This document shows positions 10,388-20,407 of a DNA stretch of 64,000 nt, piece by piece. The DNA comes from Candidatus Heimdallarchaeota archaeon (GTDB lineage Archaea > Asgardarchaeota > Heimdallarchaeia > JABLTI01). Position 1 is the first letter of the stretch, and each line of letters opens with the position of its first letter. The position numbers and the translations under genes were made by a program. The notes beneath the pieces are model-generated. The model was not told the DNA's origin. It ran no database searches and saw nothing but the letters and a program-made list of their open reading frames with translations. The stretch spans positions 64,001 to 128,000 of the forward strand of contig DXJV01000068.1 of the NCBI GenBank assembly GCA_019056785.1, in the 5' to 3' direction.

Positions 10388-10717
10388 CTATTCTTCGAGA
10401 AAGAGAAAGTCATCTTTGATGAGTAGACGATAAATGGTGGTGTTTTTAGCCTTTTTAAACCAGCCTGCCAGTGTGCCTGGTTGTTTTAGCAATTCGCCTG
10501 TCTTGAGGTTAAAGATGGCCCCGTGCAAGGGGCATTGGATGGTTTTATCCACCAGTTTTCCCTTTGCCAAATTTCCTTTCAAGTGAGTGCACTTTCGATC
10601 GATCGCATAAAAAGTGTCTTCAACTTTAAAGACAGCGATATCTTTCTTTCCCACTCGGAAAGTTTTAACATTCTCTTCTCCAAATTCAGAAACCGCGCAG
10701 AGTTTTATTTGGGGCAT
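10388..10717 (-). CDS. Rieske [2Fe-2S] ferredoxin
   Basis: CTH...CPLHG ligands; ATG at 10717 chosen as start. Confidence 0.9.
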   Translation of the reverse strand: MPQIKLCAVSEFGEENVKTFRVGKKDIAVFKVEDTFYAIDRKCTHLKGNLAKGKLVDKTIQCPLHGAIFNLKTGELLKQPGTLAGWFKKAKNTTIYRLLIKDDFLFLEE

Positions 10718-10878
10718 TAAATCTTCCACAACTATTCTTTTTACAACTACTAATTATTTTAACAATTAAAATTTTATCCCCAAAAAGGCCCTTAATGAAA
10801 GAAAGTACATTCGAAAATTTACCAAAAGACATTTTAATTGAGAGAAAAAAGCTGCTCGCAATCATACATTAGTAAAGG

Positions 10879-12249
10879 ATGTTCGTTTTAATGGCAGAAG
10901 AATATTTGGACACCCCACTTGATTATGGCGAAGAAGAGATCAATTATTTCATACCGAAAGGTGCCAATGCAAAAGTGCTGGAAATTACAGGTGACTTCCC
11001 AGAAATAACAAATATTGAAGAAGCACTTACCAAAGTTTTAGAACAACCTCTCGATAGCCCTCCACTCAAAGAAGTGATTGCAAAACATTATTCAAAAGGG
11101 AAAACGGTTATCATTCTGGTTGATGACAACACACGACCAAACATACATTCGCGAATTTTGTTGCCGGTTCTCTTTCCGAAATTGCTAGAATATGGTATCG
11201 AGGCAAAAGACATCAAAATTTTGGTGGCGAGCGGAACCCATCGTCCACCAACTGATGATGAAATTGAACGGAAAATTTTAGGAAAAGAAATCTGGGCAAA
11301 ATACCGGGAACATGTTATCATTCACAATTGTGATGAGGGTGTCACTAAAATCGGCGTTTCAACGCGAGGAACACCCATTTATTTGAATAACGATGCTCTT
11401 AATGCGTGCTTAATCATTCCAATGACAGACTCTGAATATCATTACTTTGCAGGTGTCGCTGGAACGGTGAAACAATTTTTCCCGGGTATTGCCGGTCGGA
11501 AAACCATTAGCATCAACCATCCCAAGGCTTTCTCAAAGGAAACAGGATTCAAACCTGAGTGCAGATTAGGAAATACCAAAGGGAACCCTGTCATCCAAGA
11601 CATGAAAGAAATGGTTCAGAAAGTGATGGAGACGAAAGCTGTTTTCTGTATTGACACTGTCCTTCATCAAAAGAAAATTGTTTATCTCAATGCAGGCAAT
11701 ATTGTCTCACTTCATGAAAAAGCCCGCGAAATCCTAAAACCCTTACGCATTATAGAAGTGGAACGTGGTGGAGACCTTGTTATCGTTACTACAGGTGAAT
11801 TGGGCTTAAACCTCTACCAAGCTGGAAAAGGAGTACATGCTGCTTGGAATGCTGCAAAGAAAGGTGGAAAAATCCTGCTCCTTGCACGAGCACAAGACGG
11901 CGTTGGCAACAAAGCTTACCATGAAACTATGCTTGCAGTTAAAGATATGGATTTGGATGAAGCACTCGCGTGGGTAGTGGCAAACAAATGTAGCGAAGAA
12001 ACATTCAAAATTGGCAACCAAAAACCAGTGGACCTTTTACGTATCCTGAAAGAAAACCAAATTGATATGATTACAGAGATGGACCACACTGAACTGAAGA
12101 ACACCTTTAGAATTAATGGTATAGGGATCCAGGGCTCAGTTCAAGAAACATTAAGAAATTACGTGAAAAAATTCCTCGAAGAAAAACCCGACGGCCTTAT
12201 TTACATAATGGCAGATGCAGGCATCTACGTGATGCCGAAAGAAGCATAA
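10879..12249 (+). CDS. larA: LarA-family nickel-pincer racemase/epimerase
   Basis: DDNTRP, SGTHR, HYFAG, NLYQAGK; substrate not determinable. Confidence 0.85.
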   Translation: MFVLMAEEYLDTPLDYGEEEINYFIPKGANAKVLEITGDFPEITNIEEALTKVLEQPLDSPPLKEVIAKHYSKGKTVIILVDDNTRPNIHSRILLPVLFPKLLEYGIEAKDIKILVASGTHRPPTDDEIERKILGKEIWAKYREHVIIHNCDEGVTKIGVSTRGTPIYLNNDALNACLIIPMTDSEYHYFAGVAGTVKQFFPGIAGRKTISINHPKAFSKETGFKPECRLGNTKGNPVIQDMKEMVQKVMETKAVFCIDTVLHQKKIVYLNAGNIVSLHEKAREILKPLRIIEVERGGDLVIVTTGELGLNLYQAGKGVHAAWNAAKKGGKILLLARAQDGVGNKAYHETMLAVKDMDLDEALAWVVANKCSEETFKIGNQKPVDLLRILKENQIDMITEMDHTELKNTFRINGIGIQGSVQETLRNYVKKFLEEKPDGLIYIMADAGIYVMPKEA

Positions 12250-12433
12250 GCTCTTCTTTCCTTTTTCTTTTTTTATTAGTGAAAATCCTTTCATTCTCTT
12301 GAATGACTTTTGTTTAATTCTGATGGGAAAGTTAAAATAACAGATAAAATCCCTTCTGCATAAGGAGCACACGCTAATTTAGCAACAATTGTTCCTTCCT
12401 TAGAATAATCGTTTTAAAAGTGTGTGAAGAAAC

Positions 12434-12694
12434 TTGGCCGATTTTAAATGTGAAATCATTATTGAAGGAAAAAAGAATGCTCGTGACCCTGAAGGGGAAA
12501 CGATCATGCGAGATTTGATGATTAAGCATGGCTATGACATGGTTCACTCTGTTCGTAGCGGCAAAATCTTGAGAGTCAATTTAACAGCCAAAGATGCAAA
12601 AGAAGCAGAGGCTATCTGTTGGAAAATGGTCAATGAGTTGCGAATTTATAATCCCGTAGCTCATTCTTGTACTATTAAGGTCCTAACAGAATAG
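12434..12694 (+). CDS. purS: FGAM synthase subunit PurS
   Basis: DPEGETI, VRSGK, NPV; TTG start; precedes purQ and purL. Confidence 0.93.
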   Translation: MADFKCEIIIEGKKNARDPEGETIMRDLMIKHGYDMVHSVRSGKILRVNLTAKDAKEAEAICWKMVNELRIYNPVAHSCTIKVLTE

Positions 12695-12721
12695 AAGGAA
12701 AGACGCTCGGTGAGTAGTTAA

Positions 12722-13441
12722 ATGCCAATGAAAGTTATTGTCATTCAATTTTCAGGTTCAACTTGCGATCGCGACCTTGTTTATGCCATGCGCGAAATAA
12801 TGGGTTGGGAAGTTGACCTTGTCTGGTATAAAGAAGTGACCCACAAATTAGACAATTATGATGCAATTTTTCTTCCCGGAGGTTTTACTTATGGAGATTA
12901 TCTCCGCGCAGGGGTTATTGCGGCCTATACACCTGTAATGCAAGAAGTGAAGACTCTTGCAAAGGAAGGGATGCCTGTCTTTGGCATTTGTAATGGCTTC
13001 CAGATCTTGGTGGAATCACAATTGCTTCCAGGAGCTTTGATTGGCAATGATACACTTCGCTTCAGTTGCAAGTGGGTCAATCTTCGAGTGGAGACATCCA
13101 GAAGTGCGGCGACAAAGTTAGGGGTAAAAGGCGACCTCTGGCGAATACCAATTGCACATGGTGAAGGGCGGTACTTTATAGACGAAAAGGGATTGAAAGA
13201 ATTAATTGATAATGATCAAATTGTCTGGCGATACGTTAATGAACATAGTGAACCAACTAAAGAAAGCAATCCAAATGGTTCCATTGATAATATTGCCGGC
13301 ATTTGCAACCTCGAGGGAAACGTTGTTGGATTAATGCCACATCCAGAGCGTGCGGCAGAGAGTATTCTCAGTCCCTGGGAAACAGACCATGGGCGGCTTT
13401 ATTTTAAATCCATTGAGAATTTCCATCGGGAGATGATGTAA
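12722..13441 (+). CDS. purQ: FGAM synthase glutaminase subunit
   Basis: [37 protein letters not shown]. Confidence 0.97.
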   Translation: MPMKVIVIQFSGSTCDRDLVYAMREIMGWEVDLVWYKEVTHKLDNYDAIFLPGGFTYGDYLRAGVIAAYTPVMQEVKTLAKEGMPVFGICNGFQILVESQLLPGALIGNDTLRFSCKWVNLRVETSRSAATKLGVKGDLWRIPIAHGEGRYFIDEKGLKELIDNDQIVWRYVNEHSEPTKESNPNGSIDNIAGICNLEGNVVGLMPHPERAAESILSPWETDHGRLYFKSIENFHREMM

Positions 13442-13443
13442 GA

Positions 13444-15693
13444 ATGACGCAAGAAACAGTGAAGAAAAACGAACTAAACCTTACAAAAGAGGAAAAAGAA
13501 GCAGTGTTTACCACTTTAAAACGTGACCTTACGCTCCCTGAAGCAGCAATGTTAGAAGTAATGAATTCTGAGCACTGCAGTTATAAAAGTTCGCGGCCTG
13601 TATTGCCAAAATTACCAACAGAGGGGCCTCAGGTGATTTGTGGTCCGGGCGAGGATGCAGGTGTGGTGGATATAGGTGATGGATTAGCTCTGGTGTTTAA
13701 ACTCGAGTCACATAACCACCCCAGTGCCTTAGATCCTTACAATGGCGCGGCAACGGGCATTGGTGGCATCATTCGGGACATTCTTTGTATGGGAGCTAGA
13801 CCCATTGGGTTGCTAGACAGCTTTCGTTTTGGTCCACTCTCAAATCCACACACAAAATGGTTATTAAAATGGGTGACGAAAGGAGTTGGCGATTATGGCA
13901 ATTGTGTTGGAATTGCAAATGCAGGTGGCGAAATTGAATTTGACCCCTCGTTCCAGGTAAATTGCCTTATAAATGTTGGCTGTTTTGGGGTCATGAGAAA
14001 AGAGGAACTGGCATTAAGTCGCGCAACCACTCCTGGAGACAAACTTATCCTTCTTGGAGGATCAACTGGTCGAGATGGCATCGGTGGTGCATCCTTCGCT
14101 TCTAAAAATATAACAGATGAATCTGAAAGTGATAGAGGGGCAGTGCAAATTGGTGACCCCTACATGAAAAAGCTCATTATTGATGCAACTCTCGAGGCAA
14201 TACAAGTGGGACTAGTGGCCGGTTTGAAAGATCTTGGCGCTGCGGGGGTTACTTGCTCGATTTCAGAAACTGCTGATGCAGGCGGGACTGGCACTGAAAT
14301 AGATCTTGAAAAAATAAGGATACGCGAAAGTGACATGGAACCTTGGGAGATTCTTGTGAGTGAATCGCAAGAACGAATGTTCTTTATCGTTAAACCTGAG
14401 AATGTTGAAAAAATTAGTGCAATATTTAAGAAGTATGACTTACCCTATGAAATTTTGGGAACTGTGACAGATTCCGGGCATTGTGTCGTGAAATATAAAG
14501 GACAAAAAATTGTGGATTTGCCTGCTCATCTTTTAACCAAACCTCCCACAACCAAACGAAAGACAAGAAAACCAAAGTATCTTTCTAAATTGGATCAAAA
14601 ATGGCTTCCCAAGGAACCAAAAGTAGAAGAGTACAATGACCTTTGTCGAAGATTAATGGCAAGCGACAATATCATAAGTAGAGAGTGGGTCTATCGGCAA
14701 TATGATACCGAAATAGGATTGCATTCTGTTGTAAAATCAGGGGAAGGAGACGCCGGTGTGTTTCGGCTCCAAGAATTTGGAACAAAAAGAGGGGTAGCAG
14801 TTACGTTTGATGGCAACTCAAGTCAGTGTTATTTAGACCCTTACAATGGCTCAGCAGCACTTCTTGTTGAAGCGTGCTGTAATATTGCAGCTGTGGGGGC
14901 CAAACCGCTGGCATTTACAGACTGCTTGAACTTTGGCAACCCCGAAGATCCAGAGGTGTTCTGGACATTTGAAAAAGCAGTTGAAGGGTTAGCAGATGCA
15001 GCCAAAGTATTAGAAGTACCATGTGTCGGGGGGAATGTGAGTTTCTATAATCACGACGAAGCTAATAATGTTGCAGTTAAACCTTCACCAGTGGTTTTTG
15101 TTGCAGGCGTTCTTGAAGATGCCACAAAAGCTGTAAATAAAAAACTCAAAGCTGCGGACGAATTTATTTTCCTCGTAGGGGAAACGAAAACAGAACTTGG
15201 CGGTTCAGAATATGCTAAAGTGGCTTATAACTCAGAAAATGGCCTTGTACCACAGGTTGACTTGTCGAAAGCAAAACTAATCATTCAAGACATTATCAAA
15301 GTTATCAAAGAAGGGTTAGTGACTGCTTGTCATGATATTTCTAAAGGCGGCTTTTTTGTAGCATTAACTGAAATGGCCCTAGCCGGGAATCTCGGTTTTG
15401 ATATCAACTTACGACGGATAGTAGCAGATACGGAACGGAGCGACATTAAACTCTTCTCAGAAACACCGGCACGTTTCATTATCACAACAAAAGAAGAGAA
15501 CATTGAGAAAATCATTGCTACGTTTGCTCGACACGAAATCCCTGCCTCCTTCCTTGGGAAAGTGAGTTCTGAAAAACGGCTAGTAATCCAGGACAAAGAT
15601 AAGCAGCTTGTCAATCTTTCATTAGATGAGATAAATCAAGTGTGGAAATATCGTTTGGAAGAAGAGATGGAAGGGAAGAAAGAAGAGAGGTAA
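13444..15693 (+). CDS. purL: FGAM synthase subunit PurL (small type)
   Basis: SEHCSYKSS, ESHNHPS, DLGAAG, SESQERM, GGNVSFYN. Confidence 0.98.
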   Translation: MTQETVKKNELNLTKEEKEAVFTTLKRDLTLPEAAMLEVMNSEHCSYKSSRPVLPKLPTEGPQVICGPGEDAGVVDIGDGLALVFKLESHNHPSALDPYNGAATGIGGIIRDILCMGARPIGLLDSFRFGPLSNPHTKWLLKWVTKGVGDYGNCVGIANAGGEIEFDPSFQVNCLINVGCFGVMRKEELALSRATTPGDKLILLGGSTGRDGIGGASFASKNITDESESDRGAVQIGDPYMKKLIIDATLEAIQVGLVAGLKDLGAAGVTCSISETADAGGTGTEIDLEKIRIRESDMEPWEILVSESQERMFFIVKPENVEKISAIFKKYDLPYEILGTVTDSGHCVVKYKGQKIVDLPAHLLTKPPTTKRKTRKPKYLSKLDQKWLPKEPKVEEYNDLCRRLMASDNIISREWVYRQYDTEIGLHSVVKSGEGDAGVFRLQEFGTKRGVAVTFDGNSSQCYLDPYNGSAALLVEACCNIAAVGAKPLAFTDCLNFGNPEDPEVFWTFEKAVEGLADAAKVLEVPCVGGNVSFYNHDEANNVAVKPSPVVFVAGVLEDATKAVNKKLKAADEFIFLVGETKTELGGSEYAKVAYNSENGLVPQVDLSKAKLIIQDIIKVIKEGLVTACHDISKGGFFVALTEMALAGNLGFDINLRRIVADTERSDIKLFSETPARFIITTKEENIEKIIATFARHEIPASFLGKVSSEKRLVIQDKDKQLVNLSLDEINQVWKYRLEEEMEGKKEER

Positions 15694-15727
15694 TAATCCA
15701 GATAGTTTTCAAACCCACCATTTTTTC

Positions 15728-16231
15728 TCATTCTTTTTCATTAAATCTGTTATCAGCAGAAATGCGAAGCTGTTGGGCCAATTTTTCATCATGACCTTCC
15801 AGCCAGCCGGCCTTCGACCCAGGGAAAACATCAAAATAATGAATATATGGTTTAATATCAAGAAGAGGAGTACCATCAAGAACATCAAGGTTTTTAATGT
15901 AAAGTTTGTTTCCAACAATTTTTTCTAGTTCCACAACGGTAATGCCTATTGCGTTTGGCCTTCGAGGACCCCTAAGAGCGAAAACACCATGAGGAACGTC
16001 TTCTAGATAAGGCTTGGTTTTCAAGTTAAAACCTTTTGCTTTATGAAAATGGTAGAGTAGAATCAGATGAGAAAATGCCTCTAGCCCCTCCAGCCCCTCA
16101 CAAAATTCGTTAAAAAGCTCAATTACGCCTTTCGTTCCGGTAGCAAATTTTGCTTGTATTGGTGTGCCTTGTTGTTCCTTAAAGGGGGAACGAATAACAC
16201 CAATGGGTTTATACTTAATGAATTTCTTCAT
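15728..16231 (-). CDS. tsaA: tRNA t6A37 N6-methyltransferase TrmO/TsaA family
   Basis: PIGVIRSPF, GVFALRGPRRPNAIG, LDGTPLLDIKPY; start moved to ATG 16231 to avoid overlapping purF. Confidence 0.9.
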   Translation of the reverse strand: MKKFIKYKPIGVIRSPFKEQQGTPIQAKFATGTKGVIELFNEFCEGLEGLEAFSHLILLYHFHKAKGFNLKTKPYLEDVPHGVFALRGPRRPNAIGITVVELEKIVGNKLYIKNLDVLDGTPLLDIKPYIHYFDVFPGSKAGWLEGHDEKLAQQLRISADNRFNEKE

Positions 16232-16347
16232 GATACTATTCCACTCGCCGTATTTAGTTAATACAATTGATTTTCCAAAAAAGAATCTAGTGGTTATTTT
16301 GAACATAATTTTTTTCCCCCTCTCAAAAAACGAAAGAGAAAAACAAA

Positions 16348-17847
16348 ATGGCTGCTTCAACGCTATCTAAAAGCTTTAAAAGAACAGTAAAAATAGCTTC
16401 ATATGAGGATGCTTCTTTGTCGATTAAAGACCATTGTGGCATAATTGGTATTCGTACAACTAAACGAATCAATGACCTTGGTTTTTTAATTTATCAAGGA
16501 TTGCTTGCTTTACAACACCGAGGACAGTCCAGTGCAGGGATAACGGTCGTAAATAAGAAAAACATGAAAACCATCTCAGATCTCGGCTTTGTAAAAGATA
16601 TTTTTGATAAGAATACCCTTGCAGCATTAAAAGGGAAATTCGGCATTGGGCATGTTCGCTATCCAACTGCGGGGACAGACTTAGCTGTTGGGATCCAACC
16701 CTTTGGTTTGCTCACGAAACAATTTAAGTTGTCAATTGCTTTTAATGGTACGATTTCTAATTTTGAAGAAGTACGGAACTTCCTCATGGAAGAAGGCTTT
16801 CGCTTTAGCCACGACACTGACACTGAAGTTATTGGCAAACTACTCGATTATGCTTTGGAGCTCCATGATGGTGACCTCTTAAAAGCATGCAGAGTATTGT
16901 ATGACAAACTCGCCGGCGCATTTTCAATTCTCTTTGCAACAAATCGGGGTGAAATGGTTGCCCTTCGAGATCCCCTTGGCTTCAAACCACTGGTTTATGG
17001 AAAATCAAAGGAAGGAGATATTGTTATAGCTTCTGAAACAATCGGGCTATCTATTGTGGGCGCTAAATTTGAAGCTGACGTGAAACCTGGCGAAGCATTA
17101 ATTATCACTGAAAAGAATTTTAAAAAGAAACGGTTAGTTGAACGCAGCAGCTATGCACATTGTATGTTTGAATGGGTCTATTTTGCTCGACCGGATGCGA
17201 TAATCGATGGCATCTCTGCCTATGAAGCCCGAGAGAGAATTGGCCGAGCGCTTGGAAAATTGTTTTTAGAACGCAACTTTCAAGCTGATCTTGTCGTACC
17301 TATTCCTGACTCAGGACGGATAGCCGCCATTGGTTTTGCAAAGGAAACGGGTATTGAATATACCGAAGCACTTATCCGGAATCGCTATATTGGCAGAACC
17401 TTCATTATGCCCCGACAATCAGCTCGGGAAGAAGCCGTGAAATTAAAATTGAATATCATGTCAAATCTCATAAAGGGGAAGAATGTCGTTCTTGTGGATG
17501 ACTCCATTGTTCGCGGCACCACTTCAAAAGGCATTATTAAGATGGTTCGAGATGCAGGTGCGAAAAAAGTCTTCTTGGCGGTAAGTTGCCCCAAACTAAT
17601 TAATCCATGCTTTATGGGGACAGACTTTCCAACAGAGCGAGAGCTGATCGCTTGTGGACGAACTGATGAGGAGATTGCCGAGATTTTAGGGGTAGATGCG
17701 GTTATTTATAACACTGTTCCTTTGCTGGTAGACTCTATCGGTTTTGATAAATGGCCCGAAAATAAGAACCTCTGTCTGGCATGTTTAACGGGGGAATATC
17801 CCATAGATGCACCCATTTCGAAAGCGCTGCACCAACGAGAGTCTTAA
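16348..17847 (+). CDS. purF: Amidophosphoribosyltransferase with propeptide and [4Fe-4S] cysteines
   Basis: HCGIIG, LQHRGQ, GHVRYPT, CMFEWVYFARPD, VDDSIVRGTT, CLAC. Confidence 0.97.
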   Translation: MAASTLSKSFKRTVKIASYEDASLSIKDHCGIIGIRTTKRINDLGFLIYQGLLALQHRGQSSAGITVVNKKNMKTISDLGFVKDIFDKNTLAALKGKFGIGHVRYPTAGTDLAVGIQPFGLLTKQFKLSIAFNGTISNFEEVRNFLMEEGFRFSHDTDTEVIGKLLDYALELHDGDLLKACRVLYDKLAGAFSILFATNRGEMVALRDPLGFKPLVYGKSKEGDIVIASETIGLSIVGAKFEADVKPGEALIITEKNFKKKRLVERSSYAHCMFEWVYFARPDAIIDGISAYEARERIGRALGKLFLERNFQADLVVPIPDSGRIAAIGFAKETGIEYTEALIRNRYIGRTFIMPRQSAREEAVKLKLNIMSNLIKGKNVVLVDDSIVRGTTSKGIIKMVRDAGAKKVFLAVSCPKLINPCFMGTDFPTERELIACGRTDEEIAEILGVDAVIYNTVPLLVDSIGFDKWPENKNLCLACLTGEYPIDAPISKALHQRES

Positions 17848-18000
17848 GGAGAGCAATTATGTGGCAATTTTTGAAACTATAGAAAGCCCCTTGAGATTTT
17901 TTTCCAAGAAAAATAGTTTATAAACTGTTGCGAGAGATTGTTTATAATCTTTCAAAAGCATTTAATATATAGAATTAATACTGAGGTTAGAGTTAAAGCT

Positions 18001-18990
18001 ATGTCAAAAAAAAGAATGACTGCCTATTATACAATCTTTCTTATTGTAAATCTAGTTATCTTATCTATAATACCAATACACACTAATGGAAGTGCGTTCA
18101 TTAGTGTTCATACTAGCTTTGATAGGATCTCTATTACCTCTTCAAAAATGGCGTTCATTATTAATAATTTTCGACCTCAATTCACTTGGTGGCATGATAA
18201 TGTGAGTGCTCCCGATGAGATTTTTAATGTTTTTTTTTTGGGATTGTATGAATATTTTGGCCCGGATGACTATTTATCTGGCACCGGTGAATTGGGAGGG
18301 TTAAGTTACAATTTGGACACGAGCAACTGGGAGTATAAAATCACTGAAACGGTTTCCGAGGTTAAGGTCAATTTAACGCTCACGGGATTGGCAAATGATG
18401 CTTCACTCTCATTTATAATTCACATTTCCGAGCAGGAGCGAGCTTTAACATATACCGGTTATTACATTGCTGCATTTACTGAAGCATGGCTTGAAATTAT
18501 TATCAATAATTGGAAGTTAACACCCGGCGCGAAGGGCGTTGCAATAAAATCTGAAGTATTCGAATCCGCAAATACTTTTGGAACAACTGTTGTTAATGAT
18601 AGCTCTCAAACAATGAATAATCTTGATTCGTTGTATTTTATTAGTTTCCCGGGGACAGCAATTGACAAAGCTTACTTCAAGTGGGTTATGCTTGCTGATT
18701 ATTTCAATGAAACGAACGACTTCTTAATAGCTAAATACCTTGGAAAAGCCTTCTTTAATAACACCTATGACCCGGAATATGCCACTGCAACTCACCTCTG
18801 GCTTTCGTATCCAAAAGTTAGCACCATCCTGACAATTAAGCATAATACGATCTTAGGAGTGTATAAAACAACACCTAGCCCAAGTTATAATGTCGGTGTA
18901 CCACTAGCCTTTGTAGCCGGACTTACGAGCACAATTTTCATTCTTTTAATTGTTAGAAGGAAATGTCGTACAGAAAAATTGCCTTTTTAA
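18001..18990 (+). CDS. Exported beta-rich protein with C-terminal TM anchor (paralog A1)
   Basis: Signal-peptide-like N-terminus (MSKKR...), many N-x-S/T sequons, C-terminal TM + RRK; homologous to 20408..21367. Confidence 0.8.
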   Translation: MSKKRMTAYYTIFLIVNLVILSIIPIHTNGSAFISVHTSFDRISITSSKMAFIINNFRPQFTWWHDNVSAPDEIFNVFFLGLYEYFGPDDYLSGTGELGGLSYNLDTSNWEYKITETVSEVKVNLTLTGLANDASLSFIIHISEQERALTYTGYYIAAFTEAWLEIIINNWKLTPGAKGVAIKSEVFESANTFGTTVVNDSSQTMNNLDSLYFISFPGTAIDKAYFKWVMLADYFNETNDFLIAKYLGKAFFNNTYDPEYATATHLWLSYPKVSTILTIKHNTILGVYKTTPSPSYNVGVPLAFVAGLTSTIFILLIVRRKCRTEKLPF

Positions 18991-19038
18991 CCTTTTTTTC
19001 TTTAGAGACATTATCCTTTTAAGTTATCTTTTAGTAAT

Positions 19039-20229
19039 ATGAATAGAGAAAAAGTAAGAACCGTTACGAGTTATTTGGAGTTAAAACTGTTGGTGGGAAT
19101 CATTAAACAGAAACCTCATTTGACTTTTGCTCTCCTGCTTGTTCTATTTTGTACAATGGTTTTCGTTGAGTTTTATCAACACCCCCTGCAATCAACAGCT
19201 GCAGCAGAAACGCCCCCTATAATTATCAACAATCCTTCCCTCGAAGTAATTCAGGGACATTTTATACTCTATCATACAATGGGACTCAAAATCCAAAATG
19301 ATTATTCCTTACAAGTCATTTCAACACTTGTTGTCGAAAATAATGATTCTCAACCGATTGATTTTTTCATTTTTCTTATTAATAAATCAGTCAATACCGT
19401 TTTTGTGTATGACCCAATTGGCCCATTGAGTTTTACATGGACAAAAAATGATGCTACTCACTCGAGTGCCCTAAATATTTCCATGCGCTATCCCCTATTA
19501 GAAGATGACAAATACGTCCTTTCAATCTCCTATGAAATTGATCCAAGTGCACAAGCCACTTATTTGTTTTTCATCTCGGATTTTGGTGGTTACTACAATC
19601 TGGAATTTCCTCTAATACATTCCATTCGAACAGAACATTTTCAGTTGGAAATTTCTTTGCCGGGAGGGCATCTCTTACTCTCGGGCCCTTCTCCCCGTCC
19701 TGTTTTCCCCTATCCCACAAAAATAGACATTGTAGACAACCATGTTAAATTGATTTGGATTTACAACTCAATTGACCTTAATTATGATTATTCCTACTTT
19801 GTCAGATTCAATAAAACTGCTTTAGGGACTGCACCTGTTATTTATATACAACTTCCCAAAGCCTTCTTTGCTTACTTAACCCTAAGTTTCCTCCTGGGAA
19901 CCATTGCCAGTGGCACAATTTTCTATTTTATTCTAAAGAAGCGCGTCCAACCAACAAAAACCAAATTAGTCAGTTCGCTGTTATCAGAAGCCGAACAAGC
20001 AGTAATTCAAGCAATTAATGAGGAGGGGGGAATGTCCATCCAACGAAAAATCTGTGAACGAACCGGCTTTTCTAAGTCTAAAGTCTCACAAATTTTGCTC
20101 AAACTTGAAGAAAAAGATGTTCTAAAGCGTGAACGGTGGGGGCGAACAAACCGCGTTACCATCACCAATCCTTCCTTCCTTAAAATTGATTTGAATGCCA
20201 AGGAACAAGTGAAAGAAGAACAATCTTAG
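19039..20229 (+). CDS. Membrane-anchored wHTH regulator (R1): signal/TM, extracellular domain, TM, C-terminal winged HTH
   Basis: C-terminal LSEAEQAVI...QRKICERTGFSKSKVSQILLKLEEKDVLKRERWGRTNRV after a TM helix. Confidence 0.85.
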   Translation: MNREKVRTVTSYLELKLLVGIIKQKPHLTFALLLVLFCTMVFVEFYQHPLQSTAAAETPPIIINNPSLEVIQGHFILYHTMGLKIQNDYSLQVISTLVVENNDSQPIDFFIFLINKSVNTVFVYDPIGPLSFTWTKNDATHSSALNISMRYPLLEDDKYVLSISYEIDPSAQATYLFFISDFGGYYNLEFPLIHSIRTEHFQLEISLPGGHLLLSGPSPRPVFPYPTKIDIVDNHVKLIWIYNSIDLNYDYSYFVRFNKTALGTAPVIYIQLPKAFFAYLTLSFLLGTIASGTIFYFILKKRVQPTKTKLVSSLLSEAEQAVIQAINEEGGMSIQRKICERTGFSKSKVSQILLKLEEKDVLKRERWGRTNRVTITNPSFLKIDLNAKEQVKEEQS

Positions 20230-20260
20230 ATGGACAGTGCTATTTTTTTCTTTTGAAGTA

Positions 20261-20323
20261 TTTACCCATTGCAAACCTTATGTAAACCTAACTTGAACCA
20301 TTGTGAGAGATTCTTTTTAATTA
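20261..20323 (+). promoter_or_regulatory. Four tandem 11-bp direct repeats (core AACC/ACC) just upstream of a TATA-like box for 20408..21367
   Basis: TTTACCCATTG-CAAACCTTATG-TAAACCTAACT-TGAACCATTGT with ACC at 20264/20275/20286/20297, then TTTTTAATTA at 20314. Confidence 0.6.
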
Positions 20324-20407
20324 GTTTTATCCCCAATAATTAGTAGAAATAAATCAAACGCTATTCTTATCCAAAAGTAGCCTGTTTAAACGATCGGAGG
20401 AAACAAA

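Noticed and set aside
16232-16360. 43-aa N-terminal extension of TsaA
   Set aside because: It overlaps the purF start and the AT-rich divergent promoter region; homology begins at ATG 16231.
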